From Eledone cirrhosa (Eukaryota), in contig OZ024745.1 in the NCBI GenBank assembly GCA_964016885.1, forward strand, positions 115,630,001 to 115,694,000: a DNA stretch of 64,000 nucleotides. Direction: 5' to 3'. A model generated the notes under the pieces. It was not told where the DNA came from, ran no database searches, and saw only the letters and a list, made by a program, of their open reading frames with translations. Shown in pieces: positions 14,016-26,314 of this stretch (position 1 is its first letter; the number at the start of each line of letters is the position of its first letter). The position numbers and the translations under genes were made by a program.

Positions 14016-14124
14016 ATGACGTCATAACTCTTAACTGATCGCTTCAGTTCGGCAAACTAGCGTGTCCTCTCAGTGAGAGAATTTTTGCCGAACTGAAGTG
14101 ATCAGTTAAGAGTTATGACGTCAT
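14016..14124. repeat. 41-bp inverted repeat in transposon 5' leader
   Basis: Arms 14016-14056 / 14084-14124, one G.T pair, 27-nt loop; TGACGTCA at each outer end. Confidence 0.9.
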
Positions 14125-14198
14125 TCAAAGTAAGAGAAAACCCGACGGCGTGTTTTTGGAGCATAATTATCACGGCATATCTTATAACCTCATATCTC

Positions 14199-15977
14199 AT
14201 GGCCCCAAACGTCCTGCGAATATTGCTGATGCAGATGGAAAGGCCAAACGCATGAGGAAGAGCCTGACTTTGGAGATAAAGCTGGACATTTTGAAAAGGA
14301 AGGAACAGGGGAAAGGTACGTCCGCCATAAGTCGTAACTTAGGCATAGCCCAGTCTACAGTCTGGACTGTTTTAATAGTGAGGCTGTCAAAAAGGCTGGG
14401 GAGAATGCTAGGAGTCTACAGAGTAAATTGTTGACCAAACATCGTGAGCCGATTATGGATAGGATGGAAAGGTTGCTCAAAATTTGGATCGGCGACCAAA
14501 ATCGTCAAAATATGCCTCTGTCTTTAAATGTAATCAGTGAGAAAGCATTGTCCATTATTGACAGGCTCAAGACTGAAATGGGGGTGGAGGACTTTGTATT
14601 CAAGAGAAGCAAAGGCTGGTTTGATAAGTTCAAACGACGTTCGAGTCTTCACAACATAAAAGTTACAGGTGAGGCTGCCAGTTCCGACAGAGAGAGAGTG
14701 CTGAAAAATTCAAGGCAGTGTTAGAGAAATGCATTGCAAAGAAGGGGTACAGCAAAAAGCAGGTTATTAATTATGATGAAACAGGACTTTATTGGAAAAA
14801 GATGACCAGTAATAATTATATTGACAAGGAGGGGAAAAGTGCGAAGGGGTTCAAAACCTCAAAGGACCGCGTTACTCTGTTACTTGGAGGGAATGCAGAA
14901 GGAGATTTAAAGCTAAAGCCACTCATTATCTCCCATTCTGAAACTCCAAGAGCACTCAAGGGGTTACTTAAGCAATACCTACCAGTAATATGGAAGTCTA
15001 ATAAGAAGGCATGGCTGATCACTTCAATTCACCAGGATTTTTTCACATCATATCTGTCACCAACCCTTAAGGAATATGCATTAGCTAACAACATTGCCAA
15101 CCGTTTTCTGCTATTAGTGGACAACGCCCCCAGCCACCCACGGGCAATGGAAGACTGGTCAGAAAATATTGAGGTTTTGTTTCTCCTCCCAAACACCACA
15201 GCTCTCATTCAGCCGATGGATCAAACAGTCATCAAAACATTTAAGGCATACTACCAGCGGAGAACCATGCAGCAGCTGATAAAGGGCACATATGGGCCTG
15301 ACAGGACCACGATCAGGGAATGGTGGAAATTGTACAACATCAAGCACGGCCTAGACAACATCAAGGCATCTTGGGAAGAAGTGAAGTCTACCATGAACTT
15401 GGCCTGGAAGAAATTATTATGGCCAGCATGTGTGAATGACTTCCAAGGCTTTGCTGAGGACGTTGGTGCGATAACAAAAGATATTGTAAATCTCTGCCAT
15501 AGAGCTGGCTTCGATGGTGTTAATGATGATGATGATGTGCAAGACCTTTTGGAAAGCCACGCTGAACCACTTTCCAATGATGAACTCATAGAACTAGACA
15601 AGACGATACAGGAGACAGAAAAAGAAGAAGGGGAGGAAGAAGAACCTGTGCGTGGCTTGGACATAAAAACTCTAAGAGAATGTCTCGGGAGTATCGAAAC
15701 AATCTTAGAAACCCTGAAGGAGCGTGACCCCAACCCTGCTAGGAGCAGCAATGTGGCTCAAGATGTCGAGAAAAGCGTCAAGATTTACCAAGAAATGTAT
15801 GAAGCCAAAAGAAACACCGCCAAACAGTCCTCCATCGACTCTTTCTTCAAGCCAGTCACACCTGCCAACGGTGCTACAGCTGACCCTTCAACATCCACTG
15901 CAGTCAACGAGTTTGTTGGTTTTGAGCCTCCCACATCACCCTCATCCTCCCCTGCCAACTCAGCCCAAGATGAGTAA
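14199..15977 (+). pseudogene. pogo/Tigger (CENP-B-like HTH + DDE_1) transposase, frameshifted
   Basis: RKSLTLEIKLDIL...IAQSTV (HTH), SKGWFDKFKRR, NYDETGLYWK, LLVDNAPSHP, QPMDQTVIK, acidic tail; frameshifts near 14200, ~14375 and ~14695. Confidence 0.92.
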
Positions 15978-16263
15978 GGGCTGAAACCCATACTGTCCCT
16001 TAGCCTCGGGAGGGACAAATGAAGTGGCACATCATTTGATGGACGACACGGCATGTGTAAGGTACAGTAAATAAAAAAAAAACATTATTTCTTTTCTGTA
16101 GGGATGACTTTTTCGGTGTGCTGGAACGCATCCCTATCTATTTCATGTTATAATGGGTTCTTCATACGGTAATTCGATAAACGGTACGGGTTTCGGGAAC
16201 GCATATATACCGTATATCGAGGACTTACTGTATATATATATATATATATATATATCAAGTAAG

Positions 16264-16328
<65 letters not shown>

Positions 16329-16375
16329 GTGTGTGTGTGTATGTGTGTGTGTATGTGTGTGAGTGTGTGTGTGTG

Positions 16376-16735
16376 AGCTTGGCTGGTCTCGCTTGGGGAT
16401 CCAACCAGATCAATTGGAGACAGTTGCATCTGACAGGACCCACTCAATGCTGAAGCTAACACATTATTGCACCAGCTTTTGCAATTCTTACACATAATTC
16501 ACTCTTCCATCACTTGTGAACATCATCCTGAGATACTTGAACTTCTCAATCTGCTTCAATGGAACTCCATTCACATGTAGTGTGCACTGCTCAGTCTTAA
16601 CTTGAGAGGACGAGTGTCTTGGTTTTCGCACCACTGATTTTCATTCCAGCCATGCAGCACTCGGCATCAAACCTATCAAATCTTCTGTCGAGTTGAGTAA
16701 CATCATGTCGCCTACAAATTCCAGCCGACTGATTT
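16376..16735 (-). mobile_element. LINE RT fragment, paralogue of 12078-12630
   Basis: Shares GAGCTTGGCTGG...GCTGAAGCTA and the FKYL-region sequence, without the SINE insertions. Confidence 0.7.
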
Positions 16736-16899
16736 TACACACGCGCTGAAACATCTGTGACCCGTAGTAGACAACTGATGAAGGGAATATATCCATCTAT
16801 TATTTGTCTCCCTTTACTTTCTAACACTCGTTATCAGTAACCACGCAGCCCCATCCCTCTCCATCCATATATATATATATGTATGTATATATAATTTAG

Positions 16900-17275
16900 C
16901 GAGGTTTTTTTATATGAAATCGTGTGTCGAAACAAATATTGTTATACTTGGGGAGGGTCATATTTGTGTATGAATAAAAAATGGCGTAGACATACAACAC
17001 AACAGGAGGAAAAAATATAACACCACTGACGATGTTGCAGATGTGCAACGAAAGATTTATGTAAATTATGTAAACTATATATATGTGTTTGTGTCTATAT
17101 TGTATCTGTATTATTTTTGACCGTCGGTCAGTCAATGGCAACATTGAGGACCGATTAAGTTAGATCGCAGATATAAAAGACAGCGAGAAGCGAAAACCAA
17201 CCAAACAGTGAATGTGTTCTGTTATTAATTCTGGCAATATTACACAAATATGACCCTCCCCAAGTATAACAATAT
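16900..17275. mobile_element. Fold-back cassette, family G, with hammerhead motif in its spacer
   Basis: 35-bp perfect arms 16936-16970 / 17241-17275; tail related to those of the 22301 and 61961 copies. Confidence 0.65.
17024..17061 (+). ncRNA. Minimal type-I hammerhead ribozyme motif
   Basis: CA-CTGACGA-T-GTTGCA(GATG)TGCAAC-GAAA-GATT-TA-TG; stem I weak; stem II covaries with the 62122-62164 motif. Confidence 0.55.
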
Positions 17276-18011
17276 GTATATATATATATATGTGTATATA
17301 TATATAAATATATATGTTATACACACACACACGCACACATACACGCACATACACGCACATACACACACAGAATGCTCCAGACTTGGAGTAGTAGAGTATG
17401 GCTATATTATAAATAGTCGGAACCAGACAGCTCATCTCTTGAGGTTTTAACAGTTAGTTCCGATCTGGAACTAGCTGTTGAAACAGCAAGATTCGGCGGT
17501 CCGGTTTCGACTCTTTCTTATATATATATTCATTGAAACCGTTCGAACTCGCGATGGAATCTTTGCTTCATAAATATTCACCCCGCCTCTCTCTCTCTAT
17601 ATATAGCGATTATTTGGATGATCGTGTTGGTTAGTTGATTCTGTTGTTGTGATGATTCGTTTGTTGCGTGTGTGCTCACTTCTAACTTGCTGTGTCGTGT
17701 GGTCACTGCTGTGTGGTACAGTATGAACAGAAGTTGCATGTGTGCAGGTAAGTAAGTGTTCAATAAGATGTTGATGATATGAAAGTTCTTTGATCACACA
17801 GAAAATGAATATATATAAATGAACCATGATGACACCAAACTGTTATATTATTAATTTATTGAAAATAACTTACGCCGGAGCTATACGAAGAATAGACAAG
17901 AATTATATACGTTATTTGTTTGTTTGTAAAAGTAGGATTAAATTGTTTTTATCAAGAAAACCTCATGAAATTCACTGGTTTGGTTAAGAGAGGGACCAAG
18001 AGATAGAGACT

Positions 18012-18120
<109 letters not shown>

Positions 18121-18548
18121 TTTAGACAGCAAATGATTTACATATTTACTCTATCAAGAACTGCTTTGAACTGCTTCCCGCTTGATCTAGGCCTGGCTAT
18201 TTAATCTGTCACTTCCTCTGTCCCCTGGTCGTCCACTCTCAGACTTGTTTACGCCCGAAAGGAGATAACCCAGAAAATGACCGTTAAATGTCACCCAGGT
18301 GTCAAGGTGTGGACAAATTTCGTTACATATATAAGTAACAGCCACTTCCTGAAGACGTCCCTTGTCCTCGAGTCAAGCTATTCATCTTTGTTTATTTAAG
18401 GAGAAACACTTAGATAAAACATATTTACAGAGGTAATTATGCAAAAGAAATGTGGGGTTATATACATATATCTTGCAGCTTCGGTTAAAATCTTGTACTG
18501 TATGCTGTATGCATAGACAGGAATATATGTTTCAGACACTTAGCGCAT

Positions 18549-18626
<78 letters not shown>

Positions 18627-19942
18627 GTTTAAGCAAAGAATCGCTGCTTTCACTCTTAACGGGATCTTCTGAAACTAAAAAAGTCAATCTGTGAACGCAG
18701 AAGTGAATATTTCAAAAAACGTTGGCCAAAAGTAGAAACAATTATTTGTTTCTGTTTAGGTTTACCTAACATTTTTCTGAACAGCACACCACTACACCGA
18801 CTACACAACCCACAATATATATTTTAAAATTATGTTGCTTGAGATGCACCAACATACATATATGCTTAATTATCTTTACTGTTACCCACTACCAATTATT
18901 CTCTTTCTAATTATATAGAATACTAAATTAGTCAGGAGAATACTGTAATAACGTACGTAGCTAGAGAAACTACATAAATTAAAAATATATACGAATAATC
19001 ATATTAAATATTCTAATTAACATTCAATTCTATATCGGTTAATTGAAAAAACCTAACAAAACGTTGATTACAATAGATAAGTGAACAAGCACAACAAGAG
19101 CAATAATAATAACCATAGCAACAACCCGAATCTACAGTAATCACTCACTTTTTTAAAAATGTCTTTCCACCACTCCTCCACACACCCTAGGAACTCTCTT
19201 CCTACCCACTTTTCTCCCGATGAAGGGCTTATGCCCGAAACATCGTTCCCCACCCCCACTCTCAAAAGCGTGAACCTAATAAACTAATATTTGTACTGCC
19301 ACTCTGTTTGTGTTCCTGTCTAAGATTTAACTATATATATATATTTGTGTGCACATCTTCATTATGGTAAAATATATTTTCAAGAATTGTGGCCAATATT
19401 TTCTTTATAAATTACATGATGCATTTTACAAACAAACTTACGCATATTTTACTTTAAAAACTCTATATTGAATATGTTGAGTGAATTCTGACATCACCAG
19501 ATACGTTTTTCATAATCAACGAGGTGTTAAAACAATGGATTTTGCTTTTAAAAACTTGATTCAGTAAATATATATAAGTATAGTGTGTTTTACCACAGAT
19601 TTTTCTGAGATTTTTTTCAGAAATCGATAAACTTTATGATATTGTATTAGTGAATACACCTCACACAGTGAAAAGTCCTCCCATCTGATGCATTTAGAAA
19701 TAACATCTCACTATATGAATTCTCACTATGTGGTTATCGGGGAATATGTGTTTTGATGCATCATAAAACCTGTACCTCACGCCATCTGCTATAACGTAAC
19801 ATTCTCACAGCATATCAACAAAAGTCTGTTACGCAATTCGTTAATTCAGAAAACACCTCTATCACCATATACATAGATATACATAATATCGATAAATAAA
19901 TACTCACACACACGCATATATATATGTACGTGTATATATATA

Positions 19943-19988
<46 letters not shown>

Positions 19989-19995
<7 letters not shown>

Positions 19996-20518
19996 TAAAA
20001 TAACAGATTAAAGTTTAAGCAAAGAATCGCTGCTTTAACCCTTAACGGGATCTTCTGAAACTAAAAAAGTCAATCTGTGAACGCAGAAGTAAATATTTCA
20101 AAAAACGTTGCAACCGAAGGAAGACAGGAAGACGATACTTTGGTTCGTGGAAACGTTCTCTGGCAAAGAACGAAAAAAAAACGAAGATAATACGTCATTA
20201 TGTGTAGCGTTGAGAACAATTACACGCAAAGACAAAACGACGTAAATGGTAGAACAGAAATCGTAGACTAATATTCTATTAGGTGGTTCATGGAGACGTT
20301 CTCTGGCAATGAACGGAAATCATTGTTTCTACTTTAGGCACAAGGCCAGCAATTATCCAGTGCATTACTGGTACTTTATTTTATCGACCCCGTAAGGATG
20401 AAAGGCAAAGTCAACCTCTGAAATAATACGTCATTATGTGGAGCGGTGAAAACAATTACACGCAAAGACAAAACCAGCGATTCTTTGCTTAAACTTTAAT
20501 CTGTTATTTTAATAAATA
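19989..20518. mobile_element. Fold-back cassette with internal direct repeats and a nested SINE-B piece (20322-20417, -)
   Basis: ~44-bp arms TATTTATTAAAATAACAGATTAAAGTTTAAGCAAAGAATCGCTG and its reverse complement; partial second copy at 18620-18724, also after (TA)n. Confidence 0.6.
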
Positions 20519-20615
20519 TTTGCTCTACGGTTCTTATATATTTGATATATATTTATCCTTATCGAGCCCTCTGGGTTCATGCAGAAGTTAGGTGCGTAGA
20601 GCTGGAAATATTCAA

Positions 20616-20690
20616 CTGAAAAAAATGCAACCATTCTGGTTGGAATCTCCTATCCAGGAGATTCCAACCAGAATGGTTGCATTTTTTCAG
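20616..20690. repeat. 35-bp near-perfect hairpin, 4-nt loop
   Basis: CTGAAAAAAATGCAACCATTCTGGTTGGAATCTCCT-ATCC-AGGAGATTCCAACCAGAATGGTTGCATTTTTTCAG. Confidence 0.9.
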
Positions 20691-20953
20691 GGTATGTCAA
20701 TATTTATTTATAAAACTAACCTATATTATATTTTATCTGATGAAAGCGCACCATAGTTTGCCTTGATGGCCCTTGAAATATGTATAATGAAATAAATATG
20801 ATTTTATAAATATAGTTTCCATTTGTTAATATATTGTATATTTACTCCAATAATTTGTTGAGTGCTTTATAAAAATATTTTGCTTGTTGTATCCCAACAA
20901 ATTAAATATAACCTCTACATATATATATATATATATATATATTCACATGTATG

Positions 20954-20994
<41 letters not shown>

Positions 20995-21029
20995 CACACA
21001 CACACCCACACACACGCACATATATATAT

Positions 21030-21888
21030 AAATGTAATCTGAGTTTTTCGAACATTGATGATAACATTCGATTCGTTTGCAATTATGCAAACAGCCTCTT
21101 TAAGCCATGTCAGTCGGATGACTCCGTCATTCTTGCTCTTGTGATGGCATATAAACAGAACCGCAGAAAATAATGTACTACCGTATACTGCTGTCAGAGC
21201 TAGTGAAAATATATGATATTAGCAGATCCACTGATCCACAGATTTGCATATCACCAGAGAGGCCAGTCAGTTTCATATATACGAGCGATTAATGGCCGGC
21301 TTTGCCATATTCAAATAACAAACTAATAGTTATATCGCTCTGCATGGCTGAATACAATAAATGTAAAAGCGAGGTTTTCGAACATTAATAACAACTAGCA
21401 TGCAAACAGCATCTTTAAGGCATGTCAGTAGAATGACTCCGTCAACACAGGAGCAAGACCCACGGGGTCATTCCACTGACATGGCTTAAAGAGGGTGTTT
21501 GCATAATTGCAAACGAATCGAATATTTTTAATAATTGTTTCTACTTTTGGCACAAGACCAGCAAATACCCCAGTGCATTACTGGTACTTTATTTTATCGA
21601 CCCCGTAAGGATGAAAGGCAAAGTTAACCGCAGCGGGATATAAACTCAGAATGGCAAGGCCCGTAACTCTATGCGTCAAATCCACCGAATATTATTAATA
21701 ATTGTTACCCAGTACATTACTGGTACTTTATTTTATCGACCCCGTAAGGATGAAAGGCAAAGTTAAGCTTGGCAGGATTTGGACTCAGACCAGAATATTA
21801 TTAATAATGTTCGAACAAGTCAGATTACATTTATTGTATTCAGCCATGTAGAGCGATAAAACTATTTGTAGAGCGATAAAACTATTTG

Positions 21889-21890
<2 letters not shown>
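21030..21890. mobile_element. Compound direct + inverted repeat cassette with two nested SINE-B pieces (21535-21790, -)
   Basis: ATGCAAACAGC..CTTTAAG.CATGTCAGT..ATGACTCCGT at ~21085 and ~21400, inverted at 21461-21525; outer arm resumes after the SINEs (21797-21870) and ends at (TA)n. Confidence 0.6.
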
Positions 21891-21928
<38 letters not shown>

Positions 21929-22027
21929 GAACGATCGACGTTCGTCAAATCGGACCGAGGAAACAATGTTTCCGTTGGTCTTTCCAATTGCTAATACTAT
22001 CTATCGGTCGCAACTCCAGGTAGAAGG

Positions 22028-22142
22028 AGCGACGTGAAATAAAGTGTCTTGCTCAAGGACATAACGCATCGCCTGGTCCAGGAATCGAACTCACAACCTT
22101 TCGATTGCGAATCCAATTCTCTAACCGCTCAGCCACACGCCT
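22028..22142 (-). mobile_element. SINE family A, 5' part
   Basis: Reverse complement gives TGGCTGAGCGGTTAGAG...GAGTTCGATTCCTGGACCAGG...GTCCTTGAGCAAGACAC. Confidence 0.8.
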
Positions 22143-22294
<152 letters not shown>

Positions 22295-22300
22295 TCATAT

Positions 22301-22505
22301 ATATTGTTATACTTTGGGAGGGTTATGTTGCCAATAAGAAACACACGCACCGGTTGCTTTCAATTCAATTTATAATAAATTGGAGTGAAAGCAACTGGTG
22401 CGTGTGTTTCTTATTGGCAACATGACCCTCCCAAAGTATAACAATATCGGTTTCAACACACGTTTTCAGATAATGAATCTTGCTAAACAAATTCAGAAAC
22501 GAAAT
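22301..22505. mobile_element. Fold-back cassette, family G (no spacer)
   Basis: 73-bp arms 22301-22373 / 22375-22447 (4 mismatches) plus tail CGGTTTCAACACACG...CAGAAACGAAA; near-identical to 61961-62325. Confidence 0.75.
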
Positions 22506-22514
22506 ATATATATA

Positions 22515-22636
<122 letters not shown>

Positions 22637-22656
22637 TACTATATATATATATATAT

Positions 22657-22987
22657 ACAATATGTTGAAAAGGTAACACACGAGAGAGAGATAGTGCGCC
22701 ATCAATAAAACAGGGAAAAAGCATCAGAGTATGGAATCTATAACATATGAAAGGCAGGGTAGACACACGATAATTAAAAATATAAATTAAAGTGTATATA
22801 CATACCTCTATAACTATATAACATTCCATACACTGGTGGTTTTTCCCTGTTTTATAGATAGCGCACTATCTCTCTCTAGTGTGTTACCTTTTCAACATTT
22901 TGTGTATTTTAAAGAGCTCAGGATTCCTTCTCATTTGAGCACATTATTGACAGGGAATAGCGAAAGTCTATGGCTCCGTTAATTTAT

Positions 22988-22990
<3 letters not shown>
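22657..22990. mobile_element. Fold-back cassette between (TA)n tracts
   Basis: Arms ATGTTGAAAAGGTAACAC...AAACAGGGAAAA...GTATGGAAT / ATTCCATAC...TTTTCCCTGTTT...GTGTTACCTTTTCAACAT, then a unique tail. Confidence 0.6.
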
Positions 22991-23054
<64 letters not shown>

Positions 23055-23248
23055 CATATGTATGTGTGTTTGTATGTTTGTATATGCATATAACTTGGGT
23101 CCTAATTTTGATTCTTCTATCAATAATATTTCATCTTTGCACTGGTATTATAACGGATATATTCAATGATGTGTTGCATAATTCTCTTCCTAAACCACAC
23201 ATATGTATGCGTGTTTATATATATATATATATACATAATATATATATG

Positions 23249-23284
<36 letters not shown>

Positions 23285-23285
23285 T

Positions 23286-23325
<40 letters not shown>

Positions 23326-24297
23326 ATGTATATGTGTGTGTCTTTATTTAATAAGTGCAATTGAGAGACCACGCATGTTTCTGAGTGCATCGAAGCTGAA
23401 TTATTTTACAGGTTGTTGGAAAACAAACTCCCTTATTATCAAACATACGTGTTCTCTCCCGTGTCTATTTCTCTCAAATCAATTTAGATCAAAGCCAGGA
23501 ATATATCCGTACATAGAAATAATTAACTGTATTAAGTAACTGTTCCTCTCGTGATGCATCAGCAAAACACCTTTCATAAAACTACCGCAGATATAACTCT
23601 ATGTGTAATATATTTCTTTCGTATAGCTTCAATGATATTATCATTCACGCTCTATGTATCAGAAAAGGTCTGACACGAATATAACGCCTCTGCTGTGTGC
23701 TGTATTAATATAGTATCACTGACTTTTGCGTGATGACAGATCATTATAAGAAGCGTGATAGAGAGAAAAACAATTTGCAACAATAATATTCATTCTATGG
23801 AAATTGGAATATTAAATAAAATTTAAATCAAAAAGAAAGGAGAAAATGAGAAACATAGGAAAATGAAATCCTTCATCCGAAATTTTATTGCTCATATTTG
23901 TATAAATGTTAATTTATGTAAAACATTGGAAATTTTATAATCAACAGCTTAATAGCATGCTTTGTTTCATCTTTTAGATTGTATAGTATTATAAATCGTA
24001 ACAATATTATTTAATTTATGCAGATTGTAGCATTTGTGTTCTGAATTATTATCTTAGCCACGCTAAGGAACAATTCCGGATAACACACAAAACTGGTTGT
24101 TTAAAAATACAAACTGGTAAAAACATTTGAAAACTTGTTTCAAATAATGGTGCAAAACATACAATCTTAAAATAAAGAATATATATTAAAACATCTCAAT
24201 TTATGTTAATATATTCAGTGTTCATATAAGGACATTTTGTAAGCAGCTTTATTAAACTCTATACTGTATATACAGATTTTAAATCACACACACACAC

Positions 24298-24336
<39 letters not shown>

Positions 24337-24341
<5 letters not shown>

Positions 24342-24904
24342 CGACGTGGTTAGTCGGTCTGGTCACTACTTCTGATCGGATCTGAGAATAGCCCTTAAAA
24401 GGATTGTTATCGTACACGGTCTGATCGGATCTGATGGGTAGCCCTTAAAAGAACTGTTGTCACATACGGTAAGGATGAACAGACGAAGGAAGAAGTTGAA
24501 AGGACGAGCAAGGCGAGAGATGTAGTTTCGGTCAGCTATTTATTTTCATACATGAAGCGACGATACAGAGGTACAAGGCGTGTGTGAATGACAAGTGTGG
24601 CAGAGGAGAGGAACAACGATACGTGAGCTGACTCTGCCAAAGGTCGACTGGCGAAAGTGTTTGGGACCACTCTATTTATACAAAAATAATCGTTTGATGT
24701 TTAGCCGCTGCGTAGGCGTTTTATTTTGGTGGCTTAAGGGTTGTTTGTTTCACGGTGATGTAGCTAGCTAAGCAGATAGATAGAGTTGTTTATTTCACAG
24801 ATGTTATTTCCGGTGGCTGTATATTAGCCCCCTGCCAGATCTTTTATACAACAAAAGAGCGAAACATCGTATAGTAATGAGCCAGTGGTGCATTTGTCAT
24901 GACA
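24337..24904 (-). mobile_element. Possible solo LTR
   Basis: On the minus strand it starts TGTCATGAC, has TATAAATA (~24675) and AATAAA (~24540), a ~49-bp tandem duplication (24371-24470), and ends CGCTATA at (TA)n. No TSD resolved. Confidence 0.3.
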
Positions 24905-25172
24905 ATAGCCTAAAGAGTGTCCAGCACGTTGTGGTAATTTGGTGATCATCGAGTATAGGACAGAGTTGATGTAGAGATGATATGGCAAGATGTGTGTGTC
25001 AGGAAGAAAAAAACAAACAAACTATAAAATGACTTTGACCAGATTTATGCAGGCGTGATGAATGAGCCTGTTGCAATTTGGGTTGAGCTGCCTGTGGATT
25101 GCGTGACAAAAAGTCTAACAGGGCAGTGAAAATAACAGTAATGTGTGAAATGAATGGCCGTAGGCATGTTGC

Positions 25173-26289
25173 TTAAAAGTAACAGTTTGCTCCAAAGCAT
25201 ATGACTTGAGCGAATGTATGTGTAGTGTGTATCGTTTTGGTTTGGTTGCTTTGTTTTGTTTGCGTTTGTTGTGCGTTTGTTTTTGTTTCGTTTGTTGGTG
25301 ATTTTTGTGGTGTTGGTGATGGTGGTGTTGGGGTTAATGTTGGTGTTGGGGTTAATGATGGAGCCTTTAGGTGGGTTCCTTCGCTACAAACGACACACCT
25401 AGGCCTTCTACCCTCAACGATTACGGTCAGCTGGCTGCCGTCATTGAGGTATATCACCTCTGGAATTCCCTGCATGTCTTTTTGGTCCGCTTGGATCAGG
25501 AGCTCCATCCCAGATCCAGACCAGTTCTCCTGCTTTACTTTTATCACCTCAATTACTTTAGTGTCGGCCTCGATGTCGCCGAGGACGGCAGCCATTAGCC
25601 AGGGAACTTCAATGGTCGGCGCAACCTGGGTCACCCTGATCCTTACCAGCCTCTGACCACAAAAGCTTGGGATGAGTATGAATTCGTCACTTTTTAATGG
25701 GGCCATGGAGTGCTCTCTGGCTTCCTGTGGGGTTACAAAGAACACGTCCACAGTTCCATATTTTTGCCCACGTCTGATGTGGGTTTTTTGAGCCCACACA
25801 TGTCCCAAAGCTTTTTGTATCTGGGACTCGGAAGCCCGTTCCACTCGGCGTGTTTTAATATTTATCGTCCGATATGACACGGTGCATTGGGATGATCCAT
25901 GGTATTATATAAGGGGGGGGGGGGGTCAGGCTGACCCTGTAACCATATTTTTTTACTGTTCGCTTGACTTCATTCAATTTTTCCTGGCTTACCTCAAGCG
26001 TTTCATTTTTGTTTGTCGCTTTAGCAAACGGCACATTTGGTTCGGCGCTGTTATTGATGCTGTTGTTGTTATTCTAGTTGTTGCTGTTGTTGCTATTGTT
26101 ATTTTTGTTATTATTATTTTTAGTTTCAGTTGTATTGGTGGTGGTGGTGGTGTCAGTGGCGTTTGGCGTGGAAGAGTCGATTTTCGGAGAATCCATTTTG
26201 ATATCACGAGAAAATAATTTATTTTTCGTTTCAGCTGTTGCTGTGGTGGTGGTGGCGGTATCAGTGGTGTTGGTTGTTCTTTTTGACAT
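25173..26289 (-). mobile_element. ORF1-like (gag/zinc-knuckle) remnant of a non-LTR retrotransposon
   Basis: Low-complexity T/N-rich N-terminus, then a folded region ending IVEGRRPRCVVCSEGTHLKA (decayed CX2CX4H knuckle) and a P/T-rich tail; frameshifted. Confidence 0.55.
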
Positions 26290-26314
26290 TGTGGTGGTGG
26301 GGATGGCAGCTTTA

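Larger units (their letters stand above)
13724..16230 (+). mobile_element. Near full-length pogo/Tigger DNA transposon
   Basis: 23-bp TIRs CAGTGGGTCCTCGATATACGGTA / TACCGTATATCGAGGACTTACTG (2 mismatches), TA on both sides, inserted in (TA)n. Confidence 0.95.

Noticed and set aside
19213-19250. Functional hammerhead (CCGATGA-AGGGC-TTAT-GCCC-GAAAC)
   Set aside because: Core U4 is mutated and stem I is absent; relic only. Similar decayed relics lie at ~10745-10785 and ~35900-35940 (minus).
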